Shown in pieces: positions 26,362 through 51,834 of a stretch of DNA of 64,000 nt (its first letter is position 1; each line of letters begins with the position of its first letter). Origin of the DNA: Podarcis muralis (Eukaryota); NCBI RefSeq assembly GCF_964188315.1, contig NC_135672.1, forward strand, positions 13,082,001 through 13,146,000, given 5' to 3'. The notes under the pieces are model-generated. The model searched no databases. It worked only from the letters and a program-made list of their open reading frames with translations, and was not told the origin of the DNA. A program made the translations under genes and the position numbers.

Positions 26362-26938
26362 GCTGCCCGAATCCCGTCATGTCCTCGTCCCAGGCCAATG
26401 ACAAAGGCCCACTTCCTGCCCCGAGTAAGATGTTTCCTGTTGATAGCGCAGAGGGCATCGGAGAGGGGCAGGGGGGTGCTGCCACCCCCCCCAACGCAGT
26501 GCAAACAATCACGTGGCCTGTGGCACTCACTGCCACAAACCGCTCGGCTCCCCTTGCTTTTGGCAAAGGGTTTGGCAGGAAGGGAATAACTGGAATGTGG
26601 CGGCTTGGCGTTTGGGGGAACCCCTCTCCTGCCCCCCCCCCCCGAGTGACATCACAGCTATGCTCAGGGCACAGCTGTCAACTTTTCCCTTTTCTTGTGA
26701 GGAATCCTATTCGGAATAAGGGAATTTCCCTTTAAGAAAGGGAAACGTTGACAGCTATGGCTCAGGGTTTCAAAGGAGAGACCAGCGCAATAGGCTCCTT
26801 TCTTCGGGTCCTTCTCCTCTGTTTATTATTATTATTATTATTATTAGGTTTTATAAACAAGAATAATGTTCTACAAATAAGTTTTCTCATGTTGTATGCG
26901 TATCACGGAAATAGCATAATAAATGTAACGATGACATA

Positions 26939-27421
26939 CAGCTGTACCTTGGTTCTCAAACGCCTTGAGACTCAAACAACTTGGAACCCAAACACTGCAA
27001 ACACGGAAGGAAGTGTTTCGGTTGGCAAACTTTTTTCAGAAGCCGAACGTGCTCCGTTTTGAGTGTTACACTTCTGATTTGAGGTCTGTCTGGTTTTTTG
27101 CTATTTATTTTGCGTTTTTGTTTTTGCGGCTCTTTTTAGTTTTGTTTTTGTGACTGCGTGGAGCCCAGTTCAGCTACTGATGGATTGACTGATTGTGTAA
27201 CTGCAGCACATTGTTTACCGCTTTCATTTTATGGATCGATTCTCTCGTTAGATAGTAAAATCCATGTTCAGTTGCTGTTTTAGGGGTTGTTTTTAAAAGT
27301 CTGGAACAGATTAATCCATTTTGCATTGCTTTCTATGGGAAAGCGCGCCTTGGTTTTGGAACGCTTTGGTTTTGGGACTGACTTCCGGAGCAGACTAAGT
27401 TTGAGAAGCAAGGGACCACTG
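26939..27421. mobile_element. Tc1/mariner MITE (longer family)
   Basis: TA|cagctgtaccttggttctcaaa ... tttgagaagcaagggaccactg|TA; inverted copy at 43849-44490. Confidence 0.85.
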
Positions 27422-27559
27422 TATGTTTCATTATTAGTGGTTGTTGTGTAAGTTCTTGGTCCAAGAATGGACTTGTCCTCCTCCTCGGTTGAACCCGCAG
27501 CCCGGCAGAAGTTCCCTCACTGCTGTCATCCCCAAAACAGGGGAAGAAGGCCTCACGCA

Positions 27560-27935
27560 GCCAGGGCGTTCCACAGGGCGGGCGCCACCAACAAGAAGGC
27601 CCTCTGCCTGGTTCCCTGTAACCTCACTTCTCGCAAGGAGGAAACCGCCAGAAGACCCTTGGGAGAGGGACCCCGGTGTCCGGGGTGGAGATGCGCCTTC
27701 AGGTATACTGGGGCATTTAGGGCTTTCAAGGTCAGCCCCAACCCTTTGAATTGTGCTCGGAAACGTCCTGGGAGCCAATGTAGGTCTTTCAGGACCGGTG
27801 TTATGTGGTCTCCACTCCCAGTCCCCAGTCTGGCTGCCGCATTCTGGATTAGTTGTAGTTTCCTGGTCACCTTCAAAGGGAGCCCCATGTAGAGCGCATG
27901 GCAGTAGTCCAAGCGGGAGACAACCAGAGCATTTA
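27560..27935 (-). mobile_element. L2-clade LINE fragment
   Basis: Translation LNALVVSRLDYCHALYMGLPLKVTRKLQLIQNAAARL. Confidence 0.88.
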
Positions 27936-28204
27936 ACATAGGAAAACCCCCTAAGGAATATGGTCTATATTCCTCTCGGCTGCAGATCGGACCTGGCTTG
28001 GGCTTGGGTTTGTTGCGTTGTGTCTGCTGCCCCCTGGTGGCCCGCTGGGGATTTGCGCCATCTTTGCGCCCATCTTTGCGCGCGGTTCTGCTTGGTCCTT
28101 GCGCATTTTCCTCGCCATGTGATTTGATTTGCAGGGAACCGGCCCGGGGCTGATCGACAATGGAAGAGGTTCAGGAAGACTCTCTGCCTGAGGAGATGAA
28201 ACCA

Positions 28205-28330
28205 CCTGGATAGCTCAAGCATCAGACATTCAATGTCACGGTCGTGGGTTCGAGTCCTGCGTAGGGCAAAAAGAACCTCGCCTTGCAGCGGGTTGGTCTA
28301 GATGACCCATAGGGTCCCTCTACATTCCAA
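28205..28330 (+). mobile_element. tRNA-derived SINE with CR1-like tail
   Basis: gatagctcaag...ggtcgtgggttcgagtcc head followed by cttgcagcgggttggtctagatgacc. Confidence 0.7.
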
Positions 28331-28689
28331 CGGTTGGATTTCTCCTCCGCCCCCCCCCCGCCCCCGTGACCTGTCCAAAAACTAATAAAGTTGATTCCCG
28401 TGCTGTGATTGGCTGGCCAGTTTTTCTCCCGGTGGACTTTATGAATGGCTGGAGGGAGATGCTCGGATTGGATAACTGTTCTCCCGAGCTAGGAGCGGTG
28501 AGTTGGGATTGGCTGGAGGAAGCTAAGCTCGCCTGCCTCTTTTGGCTGCCAATTTGCTGGAAATGGGGAGACGTGAATGGATAGGGTACCAGCTTGAATG
28601 AAATATTTATCCAATGAAAATAGGGACATCTTATTCCATCCCCTCCAACATTTCTTCCGTGAAAATAGGGACGTCCTATATTCCATCCC

Positions 28690-29345
28690 CCACTGGTCCC
28701 ATCCCCTCCTGGCAAATAGAAGGGGAAGAAATGGAGGCAGTGAGAGATTTTACTTTCTTGGGCTCCATGATCACTGCAGATGGTGACAGCAGTCACAAAA
28801 TTAAAAGACGCCTGCTCCTTGGGAGAAAAGCAATGACAAACCTAGACAGCATCTTAAAAAGCAGAGACATCACCTTGCCAACAAAGGTCTGTATAGTCAA
28901 AGCTCTGGTTTTCCCAGTCGTGATGTATGGAAGTGAGAGCTGGACCATCAAGAAGGCTGATCGTCGAAGAATTGATGCTTTTGAATTCTGGTGCTGGAGA
29001 AGACTCTGGAGAGTCCCATGGACTGCAAGAAGATCAAACCTCTCCATTCGGAAGGAAATCAGCCCTGAGTGCTTACTGGAAGGACAGATCCTGAAGCTGA
29101 GGCTCCAAGACTTTGGCCACCTCAGGAGAAGAGAAGACTCCCTGGAAAAGACCCTGATGTTGGGAAAGATGGAGGGCACAAGGAGAAGGGGACGACGGAG
29201 GACGAGATGGTGGGACAGTGTTCTCGAAGCTACAAACATGAGTTTGACCAAACTGCGGGAGGCAGTGGAAGACAGGAGGGCCTGGCGTGCTCTGGTCCAG
29301 GGGGTCACGAAGAGGCGGGCACCACTAAACGACTAAACAACAACA
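28690..29345 (+). mobile_element. BovB (RTE) LINE 3' fragment
   Basis: Translation GRKAMTNLDSILKSRDITLPTKVCIVKALVFPVVMYGSESW...; aacgactaaacaacaa tail; flanked by att(c/a)atcccc from the host 45-bp unit. Confidence 0.93.
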
Positions 29346-29414
29346 ATTCAATCCCCTCCAACATTTCTCCCATGAAAATAGGGACATCCTATTCGATAAT
29401 AATAAGGAGGAGGT

Positions 29415-29685
29415 AAGTGACAGGGTGAGGTCCCGTTGCTCGGTCCCTGCTCCTGCCAACCTAGCAGTTCGAAAGCACATCAAAGTGCAAGTAGATCAAT
29501 AGGTACCACTCTGGCGGGAAGGTGAACGGCGTTTCCGTGCGCTGCTCTGGTTCGCCAGAAGCGGCTTAGTCCTGCTGGCCACATGACCTGTACTCCGGCT
29601 CCCTCGGCCAGTAAAGCGAGATGAGTGCCACAACCCCAGAGTCGGCCGCAACTGGACCTAATGGTCAGGGGTCCCTTTACCTTTA
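29415..29685 (+). mobile_element. Sauria SINE, 5' truncated
   Basis: ctcccgttgctcggtccctgc...ggggtccctttaccttt. Confidence 0.88.
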
Positions 29686-30405
29686 AGTAACTATACAGCC
29701 ATTAGAAGACACCAGAAGGCTGCCCTGTAAAGAGAAGTTTCTTCATGTTTAATTTTGTTTTTGCACACTGTATGTGGCTGGGTCAACCTGGTTAGAGGGG
29801 TGGGGTATAAATAATAAAATTATTCACCATCAGCAGCAGCAGCATCATGGAATAGAGTGTCCCTGTTTTCATGGGAGAAATGCTGGAGGGTATGTCCTGG
29901 GGTGAAGGGCAAGTGGTGATTAATAAGAATAAGAATATTCTTCTTCATCATCATAATTCAGAACATATCCTGTTGTACACAAACTAAAGGAAAAAACCGC
30001 TTTTCTTCTTCTCTTCCCCTCTGCATTCAGACCTCCACTCTGGAATGGGAACCTGAATCTATACAGATATTTAAAAAACACTGTGAAAATGCTTTAAAAA
30101 ACCGTTGTAAAATATATATGGAATTTGCCATTAGCTCGTCAGCGCTATCTAGTGCCCCATTTGTACAATGCACCCAAGACACGCTTAAAATGTTGTATCT
30201 GCAGCTCTTAATCAAAACTGACCACACGCAAAAGTATTTTTCAGCCTAGATGGGTTTGCAACCTCGCCTCTGCTTTTATTTCTGCCCGGTTGCCAGCCGG
30301 ACACCTGTTCTGTTTCTTCCCTGCGTTGCTTTTCCGCTGCCGCTGCCTCCTGACCAGCCCCAGAGCCGCCTCTCTCAATTCCCTTGATGTTTGTTCGAAA
30401 GTTCT

Positions 30406-30415
30406 CCATAAAAGG
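30406..30415. promoter_or_regulatory. CArG box (SRF) upstream of TPM4 exon 1a
   Basis: CCATAAAAGG matches CC(A/T)6GG. Confidence 0.5.
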
Positions 30416-31689
30416 CCTCGGACCGTCTGCCTCGCCATTTCCTGGGAGACGGATCCTGTTTCGACTGGGCTCCGAACCAGAGCTGCCCTCCAGCTGCCTG
30501 GCCGGGTGGCAGAGAAAGAGCCCTCCTGAAGAGGGGCTTCTCCGGGGTCCAAGCATCTGGGAAATGGGCCATTTCCTTCGGGGCAGCCGCCCCAGTGCCA
30601 AGAAATTCTCGGCTTGCAAGAGCTTCCCAGAGCCTCAAACTCTTCCCCAACAAGCCGATTTGCAAGAGGCTGTTTCGAAAAGGTGAGCTCAGATTTTCTC
30701 AGGATCCCAGAAGCCTCTGGGCTGCTTGCTCCCTGGCCCCAAGGAAGGAGGGCGCTCTGCACATGCTCGAAGGGTGCCCTTTGCATGGCCCTCTGCCGGA
30801 TCTCGGCTCGGCTTCCGCAAGCAATTTTGCAGTACCAGGACGACTTCTCCTTATCGAAGGAAAGGAGGCAGCTTTTGCAGAGCTGGGCTCAGCCAGACAA
30901 CCGCAAGGAAGAACGAAAGGCTTAGATCTGTTTGTGACAAGTGATGATTTACGCAGGGCCCAAAAGGGCTTGTGGCGGCCAGGACCCGTTTCCACTGGGA
31001 TTTTATCTGGAGATGAAAGTGTGCAGGGAAAAGCAAGCAGGACTAAGCTGGAATGCAAAGGCCGCTTCAGGGCTCTGGGAGTGCAACAGCAGCCTCCAAA
31101 ATACTCCGCAAGCCTGTCTTCTGTTTCCAAATTTCTGCCACGCACTTTGCTTGCTGCTTTGTCTGCCGTCGCCACCATCTTTCTGATTATGAATCACAAA
31201 ATCGTAGCATTGGAAGGGGACCCCTGAAGGACATCCATCCCAACCCCCTTGCAATGCAGGAATCTCAACTAAAGGATCCCGGACGGATGGCCGCCCAACC
31301 CTCCAAGAAGGAGAGTTCACCGCCTTCCATCCCACAGTCGAACAGAAAGTTCTTCCTGATGTTGAGCCTCTCTTTTCTCAGAACTGGAAGCCGTGGGTTC
31401 GAGTCCTGCCCGCTGCCAACTGCTGCTGCTACAACCTTGGGAACTCACTGCATTTGAGCAGAGTTTGAAGCCCACGTGTTTCGGCCGAGGCCCTGCGCAC
31501 TCCTTGCAAGATCTCCTTGTTCCATTCCCACCTGTGGGGGCTGGATCCTTTCCTGTGGGTCGGGCCAAGCCTTGGCTCGGCTGCCCCACAGTGCCAGCCG
31601 AAGGAGTTTTGTGTCCCTGGCCCAGGCACTCGCTTCTGCTGGAAAGTTAAAAATGGAAACAAGTGCTTTTCTTTTCTTTAAAGACGCCG

Positions 31690-31800
31690 AGTTCCAAATA
31701 AGGTGTCGGGAGAGGGCTGGAAAGATTTCTCCCCACTTATCGTTGGCTACGTCAGCACAGCCAGGAGCTTAAAACCAGGAGCTCAAATATAGGGGCCCCC
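31690..31800 (+). promoter_or_regulatory. TPM4 exon 1a promoter: CArG CCAAATAAGG (31694-31703), NKX2-type CCACTTA (31733-31739), TATA-like AAATATAG (~31785)
   Basis: Motifs read directly 80-180 bp upstream of the ATG at 31876. Confidence 0.7.
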
Positions 31801-31875
31801 CAGTCGCCTGCTTGCCTGCCTGCTGCCTGCCCTCTGCCCTAACTCTGTCCGCAGAATCTCCCACCAGCCGCAAAG

Positions 31876-45694
<13,819 letters not shown>

Positions 45695-46659
45695 CTCCGC
45701 GCCGGAAAAAGCACCCGGACTTCGGGAAGCCGAGAGGATCCTGCCAAAAATATTGGCTTCCTCTTTGAATCCACTTCTTTTCTCCTGGCTTTCTCTCTCT
45801 CGTCTTCCCCACCTTTCAGATCACACAAAATGCCAACCTTCTCTTATCCTCCCTCTTTCCCCCTTTAAGCATTGAGGTTTTGGGCACCAACTGAATGTAG
45901 TTTATTTTTTGTGCGTTCGTAATCCTCTGCGGCAGAACGTTGCGAAACCGGGAAAGCTGTGCGCCAAGGCACCTGTTTCCCGCAGGGCTGCTCCGAAGGT
46001 GTTAACTTCTCTCGATAACTGGAAACGCACGTGTTTTGTGCAAAACCGAGCAGGGAGCATGGGCCCAGTTGAGGCGACAGGGAAACGGAGCTCATGGCGG
46101 TAGCTAGCGTCATTTTCTTAGCTGCCGTTTCTGACTGCAATCGCAAAAGGGTGGAAAACTCCCTTGCAGAAGCGCAAAGTTTATGCAGAAAGCCCGCAAC
46201 GTTCCCCCGGAAGACGGCTTTCTTTCGCCGTCTTCCTCGTTTACAGAAAGTCCGTAAAACTAGAAGCTTACACATTCCATGGGAAGGCTAGATGCACTGG
46301 CTTCCTAGTTTACAGAGCTGTGCCAAAATACTATTTCTTTGTGTGTGTGTGTGTTTTGTCTCCTTGAACATCTTGAGAAGCCGACCAAAAAAAGCAGAAG
46401 TCATTTCCCGTTGGCCAATCTTAGGGTGCTCTGACAGGGAAACGACAGCTTCTGCACTTCTGTATTTATTAATTTTTTTGCAAGGAGGGTGGAAGGAAGG
46501 GAAGCGGGCAACATGAATTCAACCACCCAATTCCTCTAAATGTATCCTGTTAACATGGCAATAGCTTTTTTTTATTTTAAAGCTTTTCATCTAATAATAA
46601 AACCTTTCTCTCCCCTATACACATTTCCACTTTGTGGGGCATTTGTTAACATAATGAAT

Positions 46660-47122
46660 CGGGGCCGGGTTTGGGTTTGATGCGGCCCTCAGCTCCTGAA
46701 GGTAACGGGGCCCTTTCTATGTCCAGCTGTCCTTTGTCCACAACAAATTGTCGCTGTTTTTTGTGTTGAATAGATGCTGTATTGTCATTGATGGACCTCA
46801 TAGGTATCTCAAGCCATTTGCACATCACGAAATATGCATTTTATCAAAGTAATTGTTACAACCAGTCCATGTAGAATGCAGACACCCTATATAGAGAAAG
46901 GGGCAAAGCAGTGATATTTTAGGGAGCAGGCGGGGCCCATGACTTACACCAGAGGAGCCTAGACAACACAAAACAGTTGCTGGATGTAGGTTTTAGTTTT
47001 TTATCTTATATTTTGGAAATGGACATCCAGGTTTTTTTCACCTTTGAATTTTTTGGGGGGGCCCCCAAGAGAGTGGGGCCCTTAGCTAGAGCTTGTTTAG
47101 CTTATACGTAAATCTGGCACTG
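46660..47122 (-). mobile_element. hAT-type non-autonomous element
   Basis: Perfect 8-bp TSD taatgaat (46652-46659 and 47123-47130); TIR taaatctggcactg. Confidence 0.9.
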
Positions 47123-47991
47123 TAATGAATATGGATTTAGTGCTGAAATCGTACCAAAGGGCACAGGGGTGTGGGGTTTGGAATAAGAGGTGCTCCCTTC
47201 CCTGAATCGGACAGGGAGCAGCAGCAGTGTTCAGGGGAATGACAAACCGCTTGCTGGTTTTGTTTTTTTTTTTGAAGTTCTGGAGCGTTGGGAGACTTCT
47301 GGCTGGCCGGAAAAGCTGTAGAAAGAGAGGAATGTTTCTCTGGCATTTCAGACTCTTTCTAGGTCATCGGCAAATGCGTTTTGGTGGGGAGATGGGAGGA
47401 GAGGCTCTGCTGATCGCATCAGAAGGTGGTTCCCACCCAGTGGGGTTGGCATTGCTTCTGCTGGAAACTATTTTCCGCGAGAGACTTGAGAAATGATTCC
47501 CAAATGCTGGCTGTCTTCAGGCAAATAAACGCTGCCGTAGCTGCTGCCTAGCACAGCCTCCCTGGGGAAAAAGGGATCCCTGATTTAATGTGTGTCCTGC
47601 TTTTCACGGTTCCACTTACTGAATAGTGCCAACAAGTCCCTTATTGACTTATGGAAGGCTCAGACAAGAATCAAACCACGCCTGGCTTTGATTTGGAGGC
47701 AGCTGTCTCTGAGAAACAGTAGAAAGGAAAAGGCATTGATAGGGGCCCTTGAACTAAAATCAGAAGCCAGAAAGTTGGTGCATGTGCCTGTTTTGTGTTT
47801 TTGCAGTGTTAACACTTTTTATAAAACGGATTGAGGGGCTCCTGTTTCTGTTTCCTTTAGCCTGTCCTTTTCAAACACGCAAGCGAGTTTGTGTGTTTCA
47901 GGACAAGGCTGATGTTGACTTAGCCACACCTGAAGCTGGCTCTGCCCAAAGTTGGGTCACTTCCACGTTTAAGAACGGCAATGAGGATAAA

Positions 47992-48355
47992 AGGTAAAGG
48001 TAAAGGTACCCCTGCCCGTACGGGCCAGTCTTGACAGACTCTAGGGTTGTGTGCCCATCTCACTCAAGAGGCCGGGGGCCAGCGCTGTCCGCAGACACTT
48101 CCGGGTCACGTGGCCAGTGTGACAAAGCTGCATCTGGCGAGCCAGCGCCGCACATGGAAACGCCGTTTACCTTCCCGCTAGAAAGCGGTACCTATTTATC
48201 TACTTGCACCCGGGGGTGCTTTCGAACTGCTAGGTTGGCAGGCGCTGGGACCGAGCAGCGGGAGCGCACCCCGTCGTGGGGATTCGAACCGCCGACCTTT
48301 TGATCGGCAAGCCCTAGGCGCTGAGGCTTTTACCCACAGCGCCACCCGCGTCCCG
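47992..48355 (-). mobile_element. Sauria SINE
   Basis: (AAAGGT)n + cccctgcccgtacggg...cacagcgccacccgcgtccc. Confidence 0.9.
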
Positions 48356-49047
48356 CAATGAGGAAGGATAGGTTCGTGTAAAAGGAGTCGTTTGCCTTTT
48401 GCTTTAAAATACATTCATTCGCCTCTTTGGACAGAGAGACGCTGTTTTTATGTGTTTTTAATTTTCTTCAGGAGCAGTTTTGGTTTTAAAATGTTTATTA
48501 ACAAGTCCCCGTGCGCTGGGCTTTCCTAGTCAAGTGCCGAGAGGAGGAAAAGCAATGCGTTTCGATTGTTGGTTTAATGAAAACGATGCAAATAGGCGTT
48601 ATATGTCTTGGCAGCTGTCACTAGCCATGTTCTAGGAAGAAGGGGAAACGCCCTCAAATGCAGGGCAGGAGAAGGAGAACCGATGAGCTGGCGGTAAATA
48701 AAGCAAAACACATTAACCGTTTAGTCACAGAATCCTGATCAAACCAAACGTTTTGTATATGGCCTCCCTTGCCTTTATTTAAGCTAGAGTCAGATACATT
48801 GTTTAAATATGTGATAATATAATGGAAAGTGGAGATTTTCGGCAGGTAAAGAACAGCAGCCATTTACTTGAAGCTGTAAGATCCAGGTGTTCAATCTACT
48901 TTAATACGCAAGTTTAATCGAACCAGATACAGAAGGTTGTGCCGAACAAGGTCTCCAATCCGGAAACTGTCCTGTCTGCTGAGTTTGTGCCCTTTTAGCA
49001 AAACGAGACAAGCCTGGGGAGCAGGGGAGAAGCAAAACAGAAACGGC

Positions 49048-51384
49048 TCATTTGGTCCAGCTAACTTTTGGGATGTCGTAATGTTCTGTCAAGGTGTCCA
49101 GGTGCCGATTAAAATCCTAGGATGGGAAAGGAGAGAGAGAGATGGAAAATCAAGGCAACCGAAGCGACTTCAATCATCTCGGAATATATTTTAAAACCCA
49201 CGTTTAATTATATATGCCTGCCTACATCAGGGAAACCTGATCAATGCTAACGGAAGGCAGATTAGCTCTGCGTTCCAGTTAGCCGGCCACGGCAAGAAAG
49301 CATCGCTTGCTGGGCACATCGCTGAGGCCGGCTTGCGTGGGGCATGGGTGAGCCCTTCTCTGCAAGCAAACTGGTTAGATTTGACAGCAATTCGGAGCCC
49401 CACTTGCAGCCCAAATCTGGCTATAAGAACAGGATTCATCAGGGGGAAAAGAGGACACTGATTTTCACAAAACGTGCAAAGTTAGAAATTGCTTCTATAC
49501 AAAATGCATCGCAGAGGGGGAGACCGTGGGCAAGGAATTACCGGTCTGCTGGCTAGACGCTAATTTCAAGGCCCCAGCCTGCCAAACAGAAGGAGTTTCC
49601 TCTGTAACGAAGGGCACACAGCCACCCTGAGGCAAAGAGGGAGACCGGGAAATTCTCTCTCCTGACATTTGTGATGACAACCCGGGGGAAAACCCCTAAC
49701 ACCCCCACCTCTCTCTTCTTCAAACCTCGGCCCAGTATCCCTGAAGGAGCGTCTCCACCCCCATCGTCCAGCCCGGAGACTGAGGTCCAGCTCTGAGGGC
49801 TTTCTGGTGGTTCCCTCCCTGAGAGAAGTGAGGTTAGNNNNNNNNNNNNNNNNNNNNNNNNNNNNNNNNNNNNNNNNNNNNNNNNNNNNNNNNNNNNNNN
49901 NNNNNNNNNNNNNNNNNNNNNNNNNNNNNNNNNNNNNNNNNNNNNNNNNNNNNNNNNNNNNNNNNNNNNNNNNNNNNNNNNNNNNNNNNNNNNNNNNNNN
50001 NNNNNNNNNNNNNNNNNNNNNNNNNNNNNNNNNNNNNAAAACCATTCCCCAGAACCTCTTGTCAGAGCAAGCGTGCTTAAGGCAGCATCTCTCCCCCTTG
50101 GGGCAGCGACTCACCTCGACTCTCTGCTTGTGGGTTTTGGATGCTTTCTTCAGGATCCTCTCGATTTGCTGCAGGGCAGGGGGGAAAAAGAAGAGCGGTT
50201 ACTTTTGTCCCTCCTCAGCGCATTTCCCCTGTGTTATAGGAATTCTTATATATGTAAAATAAATGTTCACAAATGTAAAAGGCAAACACATATGTAAGTA
50301 TATAAACCACGTGTCTGAAGTACTGGAGAGCAATCCTGAAGCTATTTGGACTCTCCCAAATTGACCTCAAATATTTCTCTGCAAGGAGGAAGGAAATGGG
50401 GAAAAAACTTTCCAATTGCCTTTGGACTGTAGGGGCTTAAGCCTCCCTGTAAATACAGTCTGGCAAGTATCTGTTATGAATATGCATAAGAGATTCAGGA
50501 ACTAAGTGTTTACAATCTCCAAGGAATGGCCAGGCTACCCAGAAAAGGCAATTGATAAGGCATGATCAGGTCTCCTGGCAGACAGGAGAGAAGCAACACC
50601 CTCCCATTTCTGCTGGGGACCACCTCTTTCTGTGACGTATGGATGATGTTTGGGGGGTGGTCTTGAGCTACAGGGGAGGCAATTTTCAAAAGTCTATATA
50701 TAGGGCTTGTGCACCATTGTTCTGGGTCCCTCCAGAATGTGGGGAGTGAGGACCCTGTTGCAACAGTTAATAAATATCAGGCTTACTAGCGGCTTTGCTT
50801 CTCAATATTCTCTGCTTGGCCTCTGTTATTTTCTCCTACAGACTCTATATGGGCTCTTGGGTACCCCATAAAGGAAAGGGAGCAGTATTTTTCTGGGTGA
50901 AACTGCCCCCCCTTGCCTGCTCCCGGCAAGCACCCACCCGCTTCTCCTGCATCTTCTCGTAGGCCAGCTGCGCTGGGTCCTCTTGTCCAGGGCCCGCTTT
51001 TCCTCCTCCTCTCCTCCTGCATCTTGCTGCTCACGATCTGGTCCACGATCTTGCTTTTCTCCTTATCTTTCTTTTTCTTCCTGCAAAGAGAAAAAAGCCA
51101 TCTAGCTTGGCGGCCGCCCCCTTTCCTCCCGTGGCAGGGAGTTCCGCAGGCTCCTGGGGCGCCATCCCTCCCGCGCGTGCGCACAAGCGCTTTGTAAGTC
51201 CTAAGGGCCTTATAGCCCGCTCGTCCAAAGCAGCAGGAAGTCCCTCCCGCGCCACCGGAAGTTCCCTTCTAGGAGGCTCCCGGGGGCGTCTCGCTCTGCT
51301 CTCTCACCGCTTCCCCGCGGGGGACACCCCGACGCCGGCCTTCAGGCGCAGAGGGCCCCGCTGGACGGCCTCGTACTCCGACAT
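49048..51384 (-). CDS. FAM32A: FAM32A; exons 51384-51308, 51080-50938, 50168-50115, 49116-49048; exon 2 has two apparent 1-bp deletions
   Basis: MSEYEAVQRGPLRLK...KKKKDKEKSK...(LDKRT)(PAQLAYEKMQEKR)QIERILKKASKTHKQRVEDFNRHLDTLTEHYDIPKVSWTK*; GT-AG boundaries; AATAAA on minus at 48774-48779. Confidence 0.9.
49838..50037. other. Assembly gap (N run) next to an L2 fragment (~49722-49837) in FAM32A intron 3
   Basis: N bases. Confidence 1.
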
Positions 51385-51834
51385 CCTCCTCCTCCTTCCT
51401 TCCAGCCGCTCCGGCCACCACTTCCGGGTGCCGACATAAACTTCCGGGGCAAATGTAGGGAAGGGGTGCCGCGGGAGTGAACTTCCGGGGCAAATGAGTA
51501 AGGGCCGGTGGAGAGCGCATGTACTTCCGTTGGGGAGGGGAAGCGAGAGGGGACAGCCTAGAGCGGCTTCCGGGCTTCCCTCGCCGTAGAGAAACTAAAT
51601 ACGCTTCTGCCGCGCCAGGAGTTCTCTCTCCAGACGCACTGCGCATGCGTGCTCGCCGGAAACTATAGCGAAGCGCACGCGCATTACATTTATTACGTCC
51701 TCCCTACGCGTTTTAGGCTCTCCAGACGCACCGCGCGTGCGTGGACCCCGCGTTGCCCGCCGGGAAATGCAGTCCTCCGTGCCGCGCGGCGCATGCGCGT
51801 TTCCCCCTTCCTTCCTTCCTTCCTTCGGCGGGCC
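51385..51834. promoter_or_regulatory. Bidirectional CpG-island promoter FAM32A/TIMM13 with ETS/GABP and NRF1 motifs
   Basis: CTTCCG(G) at 51421, 51441, 51482, 51524, 51567; NRF1 TGCGCATGCG 51640-51649 and GCGCATGCGC 51789-51798. Confidence 0.85.

Noticed and set aside
30212-31227. Overlapping 135-210 aa ORFs upstream of TPM4
   Set aside because: Open on both strands, no recognisable family and no exon boundaries I could support.
10500-31800. Search for a known miRNA cluster (e.g. miR-23/27/24) between KLF2 and TPM4
   Set aside because: No mature sequences spotted by eye; the hairpins seen belong to MITEs.
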